Source: Nannocystis bainbridge (GTDB lineage: Bacteria; Myxococcota_A; Polyangia; Nannocystales; Nannocystaceae). From it: a stretch of DNA of 64,000 nt. The stretch lies in contig NZ_JAQNDL010000002.1 of assembly GCF_028368995.1 (NCBI RefSeq), forward strand, positions 1,937,776-2,001,775, written 5' to 3'. The position numbers were made by a program, and so were the translations under genes. Each line of letters begins with the position of its first letter. The stretch's first letter is position 1. Shown here one piece after another: positions 43,173 through 52,172 of the stretch. The notes beneath the pieces are model-generated. The model did not search any database, was not told the DNA's origin, and saw nothing but the letters and a program-made list of their open reading frames with translations.

Positions 43173-44087
43173 ATGCCCGACGACCTGTCTGGCCTCACCG
43201 CCTTGCTCGTCGTGGCCGAGCGGCGCAGCTTCACCGCCGCCGCCGCCGAGCTGGGCGTCACGCCCTCCGCGGTCAGCCAGAGTGTGCGCGCCCTGGAGGA
43301 GCGCGTCGGCGTACGGCTGCTGCAGCGCACCACCCGGAGCGTCGGCCTCACCGAGGCCGGCACGCGCTTCCTGGACCGCCTGCGCCCCGCGATGGAGGGC
43401 GTGCGCGCGGCCTTCGAGTCGCTCGACGAGGTCCGCGGGCGCCCGGCCGGGACCCTGCGGCTCAACATCCCGCGCCTGGCCAGCGAGTGGGTGATCGAGC
43501 CGATCCTCGCCTCGTTCCTGGCGGCCCACCCCGAGATCAAGCTCGACATCACGCTCGATGACGGCATCACCGACATCGTCGCCGGGGGCTTCGACGCCGG
43601 CATCCGCGTCGGCGAGATGCTCGACCGCGACGTGATCGCGGTCCGCCTCACGGACGACATGCGCATGGCCGTCGTCGGCTCGCCGGCCTACTTCGCCGCC
43701 CGCGGCAAGCCCAGGCACCCGCGCGAGCTCCACGCCCACGACTGCATCAACTACCGCCAGATCCGCAGCGGCGCGCTGTACCGGTGGGAGTTCACCGACG
43801 AGGGCCGCGACATCACGCTCGCCGTCGACGGCCGCCTCACCACCAACGACCAGGACATCATGGCCCGCGCCGCGCGCGACGGCCTCGGCCTCGCCTACCT
43901 GTTCGAGCACACCGTCGCCGACGACCTGGCCCACAAGCGCCTCGTCCGCATCCTCACCCCGTACTGCCCGCGCTTCCCTGGCCTGTTCCTCTACTACCCG
44001 AGCCGCACCCAGACCCCGCCCAAGCTGCGCGCCCTGGTCGAATTCCTGCGCGCCCGCCGTCGCAAGCGCCCGTCGCCGTCCGCCTGA
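43173..44087 (+). CDS. LysR-family regulator, divergent from the SDR
   Basis: SFTAAAAELGVTPSAVSQSVRALEERVGVRLLQRTTRSV. Confidence 0.96.
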   Translation: MPDDLSGLTALLVVAERRSFTAAAAELGVTPSAVSQSVRALEERVGVRLLQRTTRSVGLTEAGTRFLDRLRPAMEGVRAAFESLDEVRGRPAGTLRLNIPRLASEWVIEPILASFLAAHPEIKLDITLDDGITDIVAGGFDAGIRVGEMLDRDVIAVRLTDDMRMAVVGSPAYFAARGKPRHPRELHAHDCINYRQIRSGALYRWEFTDEGRDITLAVDGRLTTNDQDIMARAARDGLGLAYLFEHTVADDLAHKRLVRILTPYCPRFPGLFLYYPSRTQTPPKLRALVEFLRARRRKRPSPSA

Positions 44088-44089
44088 TC

Positions 44090-44173
44090 GCCCGCCACGC
44101 AGCGACGCTCATGGACTTCGCCGAGCATCCGGCCCGCCACGCAGCGACGCTCATGGACTTCGCCGAGCACCCG
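44090..44173. repeat. 42-bp tandem duplication right after the LysR stop
   Basis: GCCCGCCACGCAGCGACGCTCATGGACTTCGCCGAGCAYCCG x2, one mismatch. Confidence 0.92.
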
Positions 44174-44306
44174 GCGCCGTCCTCCTGATCGCTCGCTCCG
44201 CGGTGCTCACTGCTTCCGCCGAGCACCCGCTTGCTCGCCCGCTGCGCTGCGACGCTCACGGGCTCCGCGTCGAGCGCTCGACTCGCTCGCCCGCGCTGCG
44301 TGAAGC

Positions 44307-44636
44307 TCACTGGCTCTGCGGCGGGCAGCCGTCGCCGTCGGCCCGCCCGTCGCGGACCTCGGGCACGTCGGGGCACTTGTCGAAGCGGTCGGAGATCCCG
44401 TCGCCGTCGCGGTCGACCACCGGGCAGCCGTCGCGCGGCCCGCCGGCCTGATCAGGGCAGGCATCGACCGCGTCGGGCACACGATCGCCGTCCCGATCGC
44501 TCGGCGTCGTGACCGGCTTCGGGCGCGACACCGGCCCGCTCGTAGCATCGAGCGACACCGGCGGCGCCTGCGTGGCGCCGGACTGGGCGCATCCGAACAG
44601 CAGGACGGGCAACAGGAGACTGGCAGCGCGAGCCAT
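44307..44636 (-). CDS. Small lipoprotein with thrombospondin type-3-like Ca-binding repeats
   Basis: Lipobox LFGC; DRDGDRVPDAVDACP, DRDGDGISDRFDKCP, DGCP. Confidence 0.82.
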   Translation of the reverse strand: MARAASLLLPVLLFGCAQSGATQAPPVSLDATSGPVSRPKPVTTPSDRDGDRVPDAVDACPDQAGGPRDGCPVVDRDGDGISDRFDKCPDVPEVRDGRADGDGCPPQSQ

Positions 44637-44741
44637 GCAGTGCCCAGGGTACCACTCCGCCCGCGAGCACGCGAGCACGGCCGCCCAGCGGCCCCGAGGC
44701 GCGAACGACGGCCCGCGATGCCCGGAACAGCCCCACGGGAT

Positions 44742-45105
44742 CGCAAGCGAGGCCATCCGTCCCGAAATGCCCGCATCGACTCGCAGCGCACATGCCCGCG
44801 CGCGAGGGCCGGCCCGAGGTGCCAGCAACAGTCGCGTCGAAGCCCAGCTCGCACAGGTCGCAAGCACGGCCATCCGTCCAGAGACCCCCGCATCGACCCG
44901 CGGCGCACGCATGCCCGCGCGCGAGGGTCGGCCGATGGGCCAGCAACGGCCGCATCGCTCGCACTGCTCGCCCAGGACCGCAAGCACGGCCATCCGTCCA
45001 GAGCTGCCCGCACGACCCACGGCGTACGCATGCACAGGCGGGTCGGCCCGACGTGTCGACAACGGCCGGCCTCGAGTGCGAGCAACGGCGACGCAAGCAT
45101 CCCCC
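44742..45105. repeat. About 118-bp degenerate tandem repeat, three copies plus a partial one
   Basis: CGCAAGC..GGCCATCCGTCC starts at 44742, 44859, 44979; partial at 45092. Confidence 0.82.
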
Positions 45106-45272
45106 GCGAGCGAGGGTCACCTCGCCCGCGATCGCTCGCTGCGACTCCCGACCTTTATCCCGGACCCCTGGTCTCTCGGCGCCCGCCGCGGCCCCGCACA
45201 TGCGACGGCAGCAACATCGCCACAGGACCGGGCCTCTCGAAGGCCGACAGCGGAGTTCCGCTCTTCCCGAAA

Positions 45273-45352
45273 GAACATGTCCTTTTAACCATGTCCTTTT
45301 CGACATGCTCATTTCACCATGCCCTCGACGACATGCTCTTCACGACATGTCT
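45273..45352. repeat. 14-bp-phased CATG array (6 units)
   Basis: CATG at 45276, 45290, 45304, 45318, 45332, 45346. Confidence 0.95.
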
Positions 45353-45383
45353 CAAAGTTTCTACGGTGGCACCCGACGCTGCC

Positions 45384-46214
45384 TCAAGAAGCCAGCCGCA
45401 GCCGGCGCGCCAGATCCGGATGCCCCCCGTGCTCGGCCCAGTCTGCGGCCGTCCCGCCCCAGCGGCCGTCTCGCACGCCCGGGTCGGCCCCGTGGGCCAG
45501 CAGCCGCCCGACCACCCCCGCGTGGCCGCGCCAGGCCGCCTCGTGCAGCGGCGTCCGCGGCGGCTGCCCGCCCGGCCGCACCAGGCGGTCCCCCTCCGCC
45601 CCGCAGCCCAGCAGCAGCGCCACCGAGGAGTGCTGCTCGCGGATGCACGCGTAGGCCAGCGCCTCCGCCAGCACCTCGTGGCCGAGCTCCGGGCTGAGCA
45701 GATCGGTCAGCGTATCGATGCGACCGAGCGCGGCCGCGTGCCGGACATCGACCCTCGCACCGCGCTGGACCAGCTCCTCCGCCGTGTCCGGCGCGAGGTT
45801 CAGCAGCGGCTTCGACAACAGATCGGGATCGGCGAGATCGAGCCGGGCCCCGCCCGCGATCAGCCGATCGATCAGCGCCGGCGCGACCCCGGCCTCGGAC
45901 GCGCGCCGGCTCGTCAACACCAGCTCGAGCGTCGCCTGGGCCGCCCACGCCGCGCTGCCGCGGTCGAGCAGCAGCTGCGCGATCTCGACGACCTCGGCCG
46001 CCAGCGGCCCTCGGTCCGGGTTGCCAGCCACGTGGTGCAGCAGCGTCGCCCCGGCGAAATAGCCCGCCTCGTAACCAGCGCCGACGCGGCACCGCATCGC
46101 CACCAGCAGGGGGTCGCCGTCGAGCAGCGACCGCAGTCGATCGATCTCGCCGCCGTCGATCGCCGCCACCGCCGCGCGGAACTTCTCGAGCTGGTTGCTG
46201 TTCGCTTCGTGCAT
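45384..46214 (-). CDS. Ankyrin repeat protein
   Basis: GATLLHHVA, RTPLHEAAWRGHAGVVGRLLAHGADPGVRD, GTAADWA. Confidence 0.9.
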   Translation of the reverse strand: MHEANSNQLEKFRAAVAAIDGGEIDRLRSLLDGDPLLVAMRCRVGAGYEAGYFAGATLLHHVAGNPDRGPLAAEVVEIAQLLLDRGSAAWAAQATLELVLTSRRASEAGVAPALIDRLIAGGARLDLADPDLLSKPLLNLAPDTAEELVQRGARVDVRHAAALGRIDTLTDLLSPELGHEVLAEALAYACIREQHSSVALLLGCGAEGDRLVRPGGQPPRTPLHEAAWRGHAGVVGRLLAHGADPGVRDGRWGGTAADWAEHGGHPDLARRLRLAS

Positions 46215-46781
46215 CGGCGAGCTCCTCGCCGTCTATGCGATCGTTCGGCCGAAGTTCAAGCGCCCGCGCCGTCACGCTGGCCCACGAACATCGTTTTCAT
46301 GGCCGTTCCACGCCGCCCGCAGCGAAAACACGATCGCCCGCCGAGACCGACGAAGTCCCCCCGCCGCGCGCCGTGAGGCTTCCACGCCACGCGGGGGGAT
46401 CGCCGCGAACATACGTCCGCATGTCTCGCAGGACATGTTCTTCGGACCATCCGAAATCAACGGGTGTCGCCTCGCCGACGCACGCCCGCGAACCGTCGCC
46501 CCCAGCACCCGCGGCCAGCGCGAACCGACCCGCCCGCCGCGCCATGATTCCTTGCGAAGACTCCCGCGAATCTCTCCACTGAGCATCTTCAATCAGCGAA
46601 TGACGTGACCATCGCCCGCCACGAAGACCAGGCATCTACGCGATCCCAATTTCTCCGGATCCGGCGCACCGAGGAGCATGCACACGCGAGGACCCGGCAG
46701 GGCACCGCGGCCCAGGACCGTCTCGGGCAAGACGGTCCTGAGCCGCGCCGACCATGGAGTGGAGCGTCGGGCAACGCTCGT

Positions 46782-48290
46782 TCAGGCACCCCAACCGCCG
46801 ACCACCGGCGGATTCGCGTTCGATTTCCAAAGCTTCGGGCTCATCGCCCCGTCCAGAGTCACCCACCCGCGCGGGTCGATGTTCGCCGGCGCCTGCCAGC
46901 CGAACGGATCGATCGCGTAGCGGTGGAAGTTGTGCGAGCCGCCGGTGCACGCCGTGCAGCTGTCGGCGTTGGGAACGAACCACCGATCCTTCTGCGTCGG
47001 CGTGCCGACATTCGTCTCGCGCATCACCGTGAGGTGCAGGTGCGGCCCGGTCGTCCAGCCGCCGTTGCCGACGTCGCCCAGGACCGTGAACTTGGTGACG
47101 TTGGTGCCGACCGCCGGCGTGACCGTGCGCTTGACGTGGAAGTAACCCGCCACGAAGCTCTCGCTGTAGGTCACCGGCGACGTCACGACCTTGTGGCGGA
47201 CGTACACCTCGCCCTGCAGCAGCCCGTCCCAGCCCGAATTGCGGTAATCGATGTAATCACCGGCCGCGATGGCGTTCACGCAGGCGACGCTGGGGTCGCC
47301 CCAGCCCGAGCACACCGCCGGCCAACCGGCCGCGAAGTCGCGGTTGATGCAGCCCCCGTTCTTCTTCTTGGCCGCCTCGGCCGTCGCGCACGCCACCGCC
47401 GAGGTCTGATAATCACGGCTGACGATCACCCGGCCGTCCGTCATTGCATAGAGGTCAGTGTTCTCGGGCGCGCCCCAGTCCCAGCCGTCGTGATCGTCGA
47501 TATAGTTGGCGGAGATCGCGTGGCCCTTGAAGTTGACCTTCGACGCCAGCACGTCGAGGTACGGCAGCAGCGCCCCGAACATCCCGGTGTTCAGCGTCGG
47601 CGCGCCCTCGCGAGCGAAGTCGACGCCCGTCCCGATCGACGAGAACGAGGCCGGCGCGCGCTCGAAGATCGGCAGCTCGAGCGGCGACACCGTCAACACG
47701 CAGTTGGGCTCCTCGGCGTCCACCGACGCGTTGAACGCCCACGTGAGCGGATCGCCGCCCGACCCGCGCCAGATCCCCGGGCCCCACGTCTGACCGTCGC
47801 ACCAGATCACCGCCTCGTTGGTGCCCGCGGCCGAGAACAGGCCGGCCTTGCGGATCGTACCTGCCCCGTGCTGGCTGACCAGATAGCCGCACGGATCGCC
47901 GCCGTTGGTGTCCCACGAATACGCCCAACCGCCGCCGGGCCACGTCATGCTGCAATAGTGGCCGTAGCCGGCCGGCTCCGCGATCTCGCCCGCCGCCAGG
48001 CTCGGCCGGGCCGGGACTGCCAGGTCGGCTGTCTCCGGGGACAGGTGCTGCGACATCTCGCCCGGCGCGAACACGCGGACATCGGGCGCGTCCTCGGTGC
48101 CCGCGAACCCGGCGAACGCCGCGTTCGCCTCCTCACCGACGAGCCGATCGTGCTCGGCCACCTCGGTGATCGCCCGCGGGCCGTCCGGCGCGATCGTCGG
48201 CGCATCCTCGGCCTCCGCCGCGGGCGCCTCGTCACAACCACCAATAGGGGCACATAGACCGATCCATAGCACGTGCTTGAAGGTATTCAC
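46782..48290 (-). CDS. Lipoprotein with M23 metallopeptidase domain
   Basis: Lipobox IGGC; HDGWD (HxxxD), YFH, VGNGGWTTGPHLH; AGGAG RBS before GTG 48290. Confidence 0.88.
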   Translation of the reverse strand: MNTFKHVLWIGLCAPIGGCDEAPAAEAEDAPTIAPDGPRAITEVAEHDRLVGEEANAAFAGFAGTEDAPDVRVFAPGEMSQHLSPETADLAVPARPSLAAGEIAEPAGYGHYCSMTWPGGGWAYSWDTNGGDPCGYLVSQHGAGTIRKAGLFSAAGTNEAVIWCDGQTWGPGIWRGSGGDPLTWAFNASVDAEEPNCVLTVSPLELPIFERAPASFSSIGTGVDFAREGAPTLNTGMFGALLPYLDVLASKVNFKGHAISANYIDDHDGWDWGAPENTDLYAMTDGRVIVSRDYQTSAVACATAEAAKKKNGGCINRDFAAGWPAVCSGWGDPSVACVNAIAAGDYIDYRNSGWDGLLQGEVYVRHKVVTSPVTYSESFVAGYFHVKRTVTPAVGTNVTKFTVLGDVGNGGWTTGPHLHLTVMRETNVGTPTQKDRWFVPNADSCTACTGGSHNFHRYAIDPFGWQAPANIDPRGWVTLDGAMSPKLWKSNANPPVVGGWGA

Positions 48291-48618
48291 GGTGAACTCC
48301 TGGGCCTCGTCTCCGCGAGGCACGAACGTCAGGTGACCGTGCGCGGCGGAACAATTGCGGCCCGTGTCCCCTTCGCGGCGATTCGCCGCGAAGGTCCGAC
48401 GTCACGCAGCGCCTCGCAATTGATCGGCCACCCGCCGACACCACCACGCGCTCGACCTCCGCGAGTCGACCCCCGCCGCGAGCCCGTCGATTCGTGCGAT
48501 TGCCTCGAACGACACGCTGCGCCCGGCCACCTCGCGGACCCGCGCCTCCACGCCTCCGCACCGCGGCGCGGTTTCGGCCCGTCAGCTCCGCGATCATCGG
48601 TGCTAAGGTCGCCTGCGC

Positions 48619-50097
48619 GTGGACAACGAGCCCAAACGCTACGTGTACAACAAGCAGGCCGGGGCCCTGCAGGAGGCCGCAGCGGCCCCTCCGGGCGTGC
48701 GCACGCGGCTGGCGATGCGCCCGAGCAGCAGCATCGCCCAGTCGCTGCTGCCGTCCCAACTCGACGACCAGGCCGCCGCCAACGCGGCCCCCGAACCGCT
48801 GCAGCGCGACAGCTCGCGGCTGCCCCGACCCCCGCGGCCCGCCGACAGCGGCCGCGATCCCATTCGACCGACCCGGAGGCCCGGCATGTTCTCATTCACC
48901 ATCGAGGACGGCGAGCACGTCCTGATGATCCACAAGAACGGCGCGATGGAGGAGCTCGTCGGGCCGAAGCGCGTGTCGACCCTCGGCCGCACCTTCCGCC
49001 GCATGGACCACTACGTCGCCCACCCCGGCGAATTCCTGGTCGTGCGCTACCGCGACGGTCGCCAGGAGCACCTCGTCGGCCCCGCGCACCTGTGGCTCGA
49101 TCCGCGCAAGCACCTCTCCGTCACCCGCGAGGAGGGCTTGCAGCTGGCCGCCAAGGAGGCCGTCGTCATCTACGCCCGCGGCGACGCCGGCGAGGTCACG
49201 CGCCGCGTGCTGCAGGGCCCGGCCGTGTTCGTGGCCCAGCCGGGCGAATGGCTGCACTCCTTCTCGTGGCACGGCTCCTCCGGCACCGGCTATCGCAAGG
49301 TCCCGAACGCCCTGGTCTTCGAGAAGCTGTGGCTGATGCCCGACCAGATGTACCACGACGTCGAGGACGTGCGGACCGCCGACGACGCCGTCATCACGGT
49401 GCGGCTCATGATCTTCTTCGAGCTCGTCGACATCGAGCTCATGCTGGCCACCAGCCACGATCCGATCGGCGACTTCGTCAACGCCGCCACCAGCGACGTC
49501 GTCGATTTTCTCGGCCGCCACGACCTCGCCTCCTTCAAGCTCCACACCGACCAACTCGGCGACCTCGCCACCTACCGCCAGCTGACCGCGCGCGCCGGCC
49601 AGTGCGGCTACCGGATCGGCAAGGTCGTCTACCGCGGCTTCGACGCCCCGCCCTCGCTGCAGCAGATGCTCGATCAGGCGATCGAGTCGCGCACCCGCCT
49701 GCAGCTCGAGCGCGCCACCCAGCAGCAGGCGCAGGAGCTCGAGGACTTCAAGCTCGAGCGCCAGCTCGGCCGCGGTGAGCGTCAGCGGGCCGACGGCGCC
49801 GCCGAGCAGGCCCACGCGCTGGCCCTCGAGAAATCGCGCCGCGCCGCCGCGATCGAGGCCGACGCCGCCCGCAGCGAGTTTCAGCGGGCCCAGCGACGCC
49901 TCGACCAGGAGCGTGCCCTCGCCGACGAGCGCGCCCGCCATGACGAGGAGAGCCGCCACCTCGCCGCCCTGCACGGGCTCGGCGTCGACCTCACCGCGCT
50001 CCTCACCCAACACCGCGCCGACCAGGTCATCGAGCTGCGCGGCGACGGCGAGGGCGCCCACGTCCACGTCGACGCGCCCCGCCGCGAGCCGCGCTGA
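48619..50097 (+). CDS. Short major vault protein (MVP)-like protein: vault-type repeats, SPFH shoulder, coiled coil (alternative start ATG 48886 with GGAGG)
   Basis: Three ...GP repeats (ELVGPK, HLVGPA, RVLQGPAVFVAQPGE); LMPDQMYHDVEDVRTADDA shoulder; LQQMLDQAIESRT plus long helical tail. Confidence 0.75.
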   Translation: MDNEPKRYVYNKQAGALQEAAAAPPGVRTRLAMRPSSSIAQSLLPSQLDDQAAANAAPEPLQRDSSRLPRPPRPADSGRDPIRPTRRPGMFSFTIEDGEHVLMIHKNGAMEELVGPKRVSTLGRTFRRMDHYVAHPGEFLVVRYRDGRQEHLVGPAHLWLDPRKHLSVTREEGLQLAAKEAVVIYARGDAGEVTRRVLQGPAVFVAQPGEWLHSFSWHGSSGTGYRKVPNALVFEKLWLMPDQMYHDVEDVRTADDAVITVRLMIFFELVDIELMLATSHDPIGDFVNAATSDVVDFLGRHDLASFKLHTDQLGDLATYRQLTARAGQCGYRIGKVVYRGFDAPPSLQQMLDQAIESRTRLQLERATQQQAQELEDFKLERQLGRGERQRADGAAEQAHALALEKSRRAAAIEADAARSEFQRAQRRLDQERALADERARHDEESRHLAALHGLGVDLTALLTQHRADQVIELRGDGEGAHVHVDAPRREPR

Positions 50098-50098
50098 G

Positions 50099-50175
50099 AG
50101 ACATGTCCCTGAAGGCATGGCCTCGGGGACATGCCTTATTCGACATGTTCCAATGAACATGTCCGAAGGGACAAT
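50099..50175. repeat. 14-bp-phased CATG array (5 units)
   Basis: CATG at 50102, 50116, 50130, 50144, 50158; fills the convergent gap. Confidence 0.95.
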
Positions 50176-51114
50176 CTACACCAGCCGCGCCGCGGCCGCC
50201 CGGATCGCCGCCCGGATCGCGGCCTCGTCGGCCTCGTCGGGCGCCTGCAGGGCCACCGGGAACGCCGCGGTGAGGTCGATGAGCACGTCGAGCTCGACCT
50301 CGTCGAGGATCGCCTGGCGGTCGTCGCGGCCCCACTTCGACGCCGCGCTGGCGATCCGCACCGGGTTCGTCAGCCGCTCCGCCCACGCCACCAGGGCCGC
50401 GCGATCGGGGCGCTGGTTCGGGTCCCAGGCCTCGGCCTCCTGGAACCGCTGCTCGTCGAACTCGGCGATCTTGCGCTTGTAGGTCGGCCGCGTGCCGGGA
50501 CGCGCGCGCGCGTCGGGGCGGACCACCAGCCCCTCGGCGAAGTTGTCGGCCAGCCCCGGCAAGCCCAGCGCGGCCGGCACGCGCGTCGGCGCTCGCGTCG
50601 GCGCCGCCTCGACGTGCGGGCGCGGCCCCGTGCGCACCACCGGCGGCACCATCATCCCTGTCTCTCGGGACAGCTCAGCCAGCTCGCTCCACCCCAGCAG
50701 CTCGCCCTCGTCGTCGTCGCTCGTCGCCACCAGCGCGTCGAAGGCCGCCCAGCGCAGGTCGGGCGCGTACCAGATCCCCGTCTGCACCGGCTGCAGCCCC
50801 GGCACCGCCGCCACCTCCGCGTGCGGATAGCCGCCGCCGAACAGCTCGCCGTAGAACACCACCAGCGGCGCGCCGAGCCGGCCAGCCGCCGCCCGCGCGA
50901 CCTCGCTGAGCCCGGCCCGCACCAGCTGCCAGCCGAAGAACGGATCGCCGTCGGCCAGCCACGCCTTGCGCTTGCCGAAGCGCACCTGCTCGCCCGCGAC
51001 CGCGATCAGCATCTGCGCCCCGTGGATCTTCTCGAGGGCGACCCATGGCCCGCCGGGGACGAGCCCGAGCGACTCGCCGGGCCCCGCGATCTTGCCGTAG
51101 TAGCGGTGACGCAC
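50176..51114 (-). CDS. RNA ligase, Rnl2 family (GTG start 51114 or 51156)
   Basis: Motif I WVALEKIHGAQ; FGKR; YGELFGGGYPH; AFD; AEGLVVRP; YKRK; C-terminal RIASAASKWG. Confidence 0.88.
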   Translation of the reverse strand: MRHRYYGKIAGPGESLGLVPGGPWVALEKIHGAQMLIAVAGEQVRFGKRKAWLADGDPFFGWQLVRAGLSEVARAAAGRLGAPLVVFYGELFGGGYPHAEVAAVPGLQPVQTGIWYAPDLRWAAFDALVATSDDDEGELLGWSELAELSRETGMMVPPVVRTGPRPHVEAAPTRAPTRVPAALGLPGLADNFAEGLVVRPDARARPGTRPTYKRKIAEFDEQRFQEAEAWDPNQRPDRAALVAWAERLTNPVRIASAASKWGRDDRQAILDEVELDVLIDLTAAFPVALQAPDEADEAAIRAAIRAAAARLV

Positions 51115-51291
51115 CGCGCCAGGGTAGCCGAACCGCGCCCCGTCGCGCGCGGCCACCGGCGCGCGCGCCCGCGCTTTCGTCTTTGCATCTCATGTCCCGA
51201 GAGACATGTCCGAAAGCACCGGGCCACTCGCGCGCGCCCGCGGACTCCGCCTCCCGCCGCGCGCCGCTCTGTGGCACTGTCGGCGCCCGCC

Positions 51292-52056
51292 ATGCTCGCC
51301 AAGATCTACGTCCAGCGCGACCCGACCACCGGCGAGTTCATCAACAAGAACGTCTACAACGCCTGGTACGGCTTCACCAAGATGGGCGTGTGGGCCGAGT
51401 CGTTCGTGTGGTCCGACCTCTACGAGGGCCGGCTCGCGCTCGATCGTGACACCGCCGTGATCGGCGGGATCCTCACCGTCCGCACCGCCCTCGCCCGGCT
51501 CGGCGCCACCGATCCCGAGAACCTCGACTACCCGCCCGTGCTCGAGCCGTTCCTGCGCCGGCGCGTGCGCCGGGCCTCGATCCGCGAGGCCCACGCGCTG
51601 TGCCGCGACGATCGCTTCGACCCGCCCGTGTTCATCAAGCCCGTCACCGGGCAAAAGGAGTTCACGGGCCACGTGCTCGCCGTCTACCGCGACCTCTTGC
51701 GCACGGCCGGCTGGGCCCACGAGCAGCCCGACACGCCGGTGTGGCTGTCGGAGGTCGTCGACTTCACGGCCGAGTGGCGCTACTTCGTCCACGCTGGCGA
51801 GATCGTCGGCGTCGGCCACTACCACGGCGACCCGCTGCGCGCCCCCGATCCCGGGGTCGTGCGCGCCGCCGTCGCCGCCTGGACCGACGCCCCCTCCGCC
51901 TACGTCATCGACTTCGGCGTGCTCGCCGACGGCACCACCGCGATGGTCGAGGTCAACGACGGCTTCGCGTTCGGCTGCTACGGCCTCAACCCCTACGCCC
52001 ACGCCCGCATGCTGGCCGCCCGCTGGGCCGAGATGGTCGGCCTGGACCGCGCCTGA
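51292..52056 (+). CDS. ATP-grasp protein, R2K clade (DUF4343-like)
   Basis: DYPPVLEPFLRRRV, VFIKPVTGQKEFTG, SEVVDFTAEWRYFV, IDFGV, VEVNDGFAFGCYG. Confidence 0.85.
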   Translation: MLAKIYVQRDPTTGEFINKNVYNAWYGFTKMGVWAESFVWSDLYEGRLALDRDTAVIGGILTVRTALARLGATDPENLDYPPVLEPFLRRRVRRASIREAHALCRDDRFDPPVFIKPVTGQKEFTGHVLAVYRDLLRTAGWAHEQPDTPVWLSEVVDFTAEWRYFVHAGEIVGVGHYHGDPLRAPDPGVVRAAVAAWTDAPSAYVIDFGVLADGTTAMVEVNDGFAFGCYGLNPYAHARMLAARWAEMVGLDRA

Positions 52057-52064
52057 GCGCTCTT

Positions 52065-52160
52065 TGGTTCTGTCCCGAAGACCAGGTCAACGACCACGAC
52101 GGAACCTGTCCCAAACGCCAAGTAGACGCGGCGTCGGCCTGTCCCGGAAGCCAGGTCGTC
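52065..52160. repeat. Three CTGTCCC-N-CAG dyads between convergent genes
   Basis: TCTGTCCCGAAGACCAGG, CCTGTCCCAAACGCCAAG, CCTGTCCCGGAAGCCAGG. Confidence 0.75.
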
Positions 52161-52172
52161 GCGCCCGTCCAC

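Noticed and set aside
50131-51291. N-terminal 387 aa of the 641-aa ORF as a fusion to the ATP-grasp
   Set aside because: It is antisense to the RNA ligase; the credible protein starts at ATG 51292.
51292-52056. Second graspetide ligase
   Set aside because: Motifs fit the R2K/DUF4343 clade rather than MvdC/D, and no precursor is nearby.
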